Origin: a virus
Reading direction: 5' to 3' (one strand)
IMG/VR virus record: IMGVR_UViG_3300049893_001613
Span: 32,444-96,443 of that record
Length of the DNA: 64,000 nucleotides
This document shows, piece by piece, positions 63,662-64,000 of the stretch. Under the pieces are notes generated by a model, which worked only from the letters and a program-made list of their open reading frames with translations, searched no databases and was not told where the DNA came from. Position numbers and translations under genes: made by a program. Each line of letters opens with the position of its first letter. Position 1 is the stretch's first letter.

Positions 63662-64000
63662 TACCCTGAAATTTTAAATCGTTACCTAATGTTATAACCC
63701 GAGAGTTACTCATATCGAAAGAAGCCGACATCTTTGAAGCCCACTTACTTACCTGCGTTGGCATCAGCACACGTCTGAATGCTCCATTCTCAGTTCTAAC
63801 CAAGTCTTCAAAATAAGGTACTAGAATAATATAGTATCCGGTTTGCTCTGGTTTCAAACGCATCAGTCGTCCATGAGTCTGTTGAAAGTCTGTTTCACTA
63901 CCATCAAAAGATTCTTTGATAATAACGTTAACACCAATAAGGTTAGCCCCGCGGTTTAACTTCTTACAAACTGACATCGTATTTATCTCACCTGAGTTGA
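63648..64000 (-). CDS. SF2 helicase, C-terminal part (5' partial)
   Basis: Frame is open to the window edge (NSGEINTMSVCKKLNRGANL). Motif V LNRGANL and motif VI QTHGRLMR. Confidence 0.75.
   Translation of the reverse strand, partial: NSGEINTMSVCKKLNRGANLIGVNVIIKESFDGSETDFQQTHGRLMRLKPEQTGYYIILVPYFEDLVRTENGAFRRVLMPTQVSKWASKMSASFDMSNSRVITLGNDLKFQGNEFT

Noticed and set aside
1-64000. Stop-codon reassignment (TAG or TGA), known in some crAss-like phages
   Set aside because: Genes, including the 5360-aa ORF, are intact and densely packed under code 11, and TAG and TGA both act as real stops (for example 17998, 42462, 6695).
1-64000. CRISPR array or diversity-generating retroelement
   Set aside because: No regularly spaced repeats, no reverse transcriptase, and the adhesin repeats differ at non-adenine synonymous positions rather than in a TR/VR pattern.

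Overview
The window is about 64 kb of a crAss-like (Crassvirales-type) phage genome that reads in the standard genetic code and probably infects a Bacteroidota host (TAnnTTTG promoter boxes, AT-rich leaders without Shine-Dalgarno sequences). The + strand (1-42419) is the virion block. It holds head/tail ring proteins, tail fibres and adhesins, a five-gene tail cassette, dispersed lysis genes, tail tube and stabilisation (muzzle) proteins, cargo proteins and one 5360-aa ORF containing the virion RNA polymerase (DFDVD) and two zincin motifs. It meets the - strand block at a bidirectional terminator near 42.44 kb. The - strand carries (i) a likely NAD+-reconstitution/anti-defence island (PRS-like and NAMPT-like enzymes matching NARP1, a macrodomain, a metallophosphoesterase and a cyclic-phosphate receiver domain); (ii) a non-coding cluster with two aberrant tRNA-like elements and a structured leader; and (iii) the replication operon (SF2 helicase, DnaB, AAA ATPase, primase, resolvase, UDG, MazG, 5'-3' exonuclease, sigma-like factor). 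The most striking signal lies inside the replication operon: an apparently complete phage-encoded ubiquitin-like conjugation cassette (Ubl ending in G-R, E2-like, JAB protease, E1/ThiF and an unknown fifth gene), with an unannotated peptide ending like an SSB tail. All calls come from reading motifs by eye; no database searches were run.
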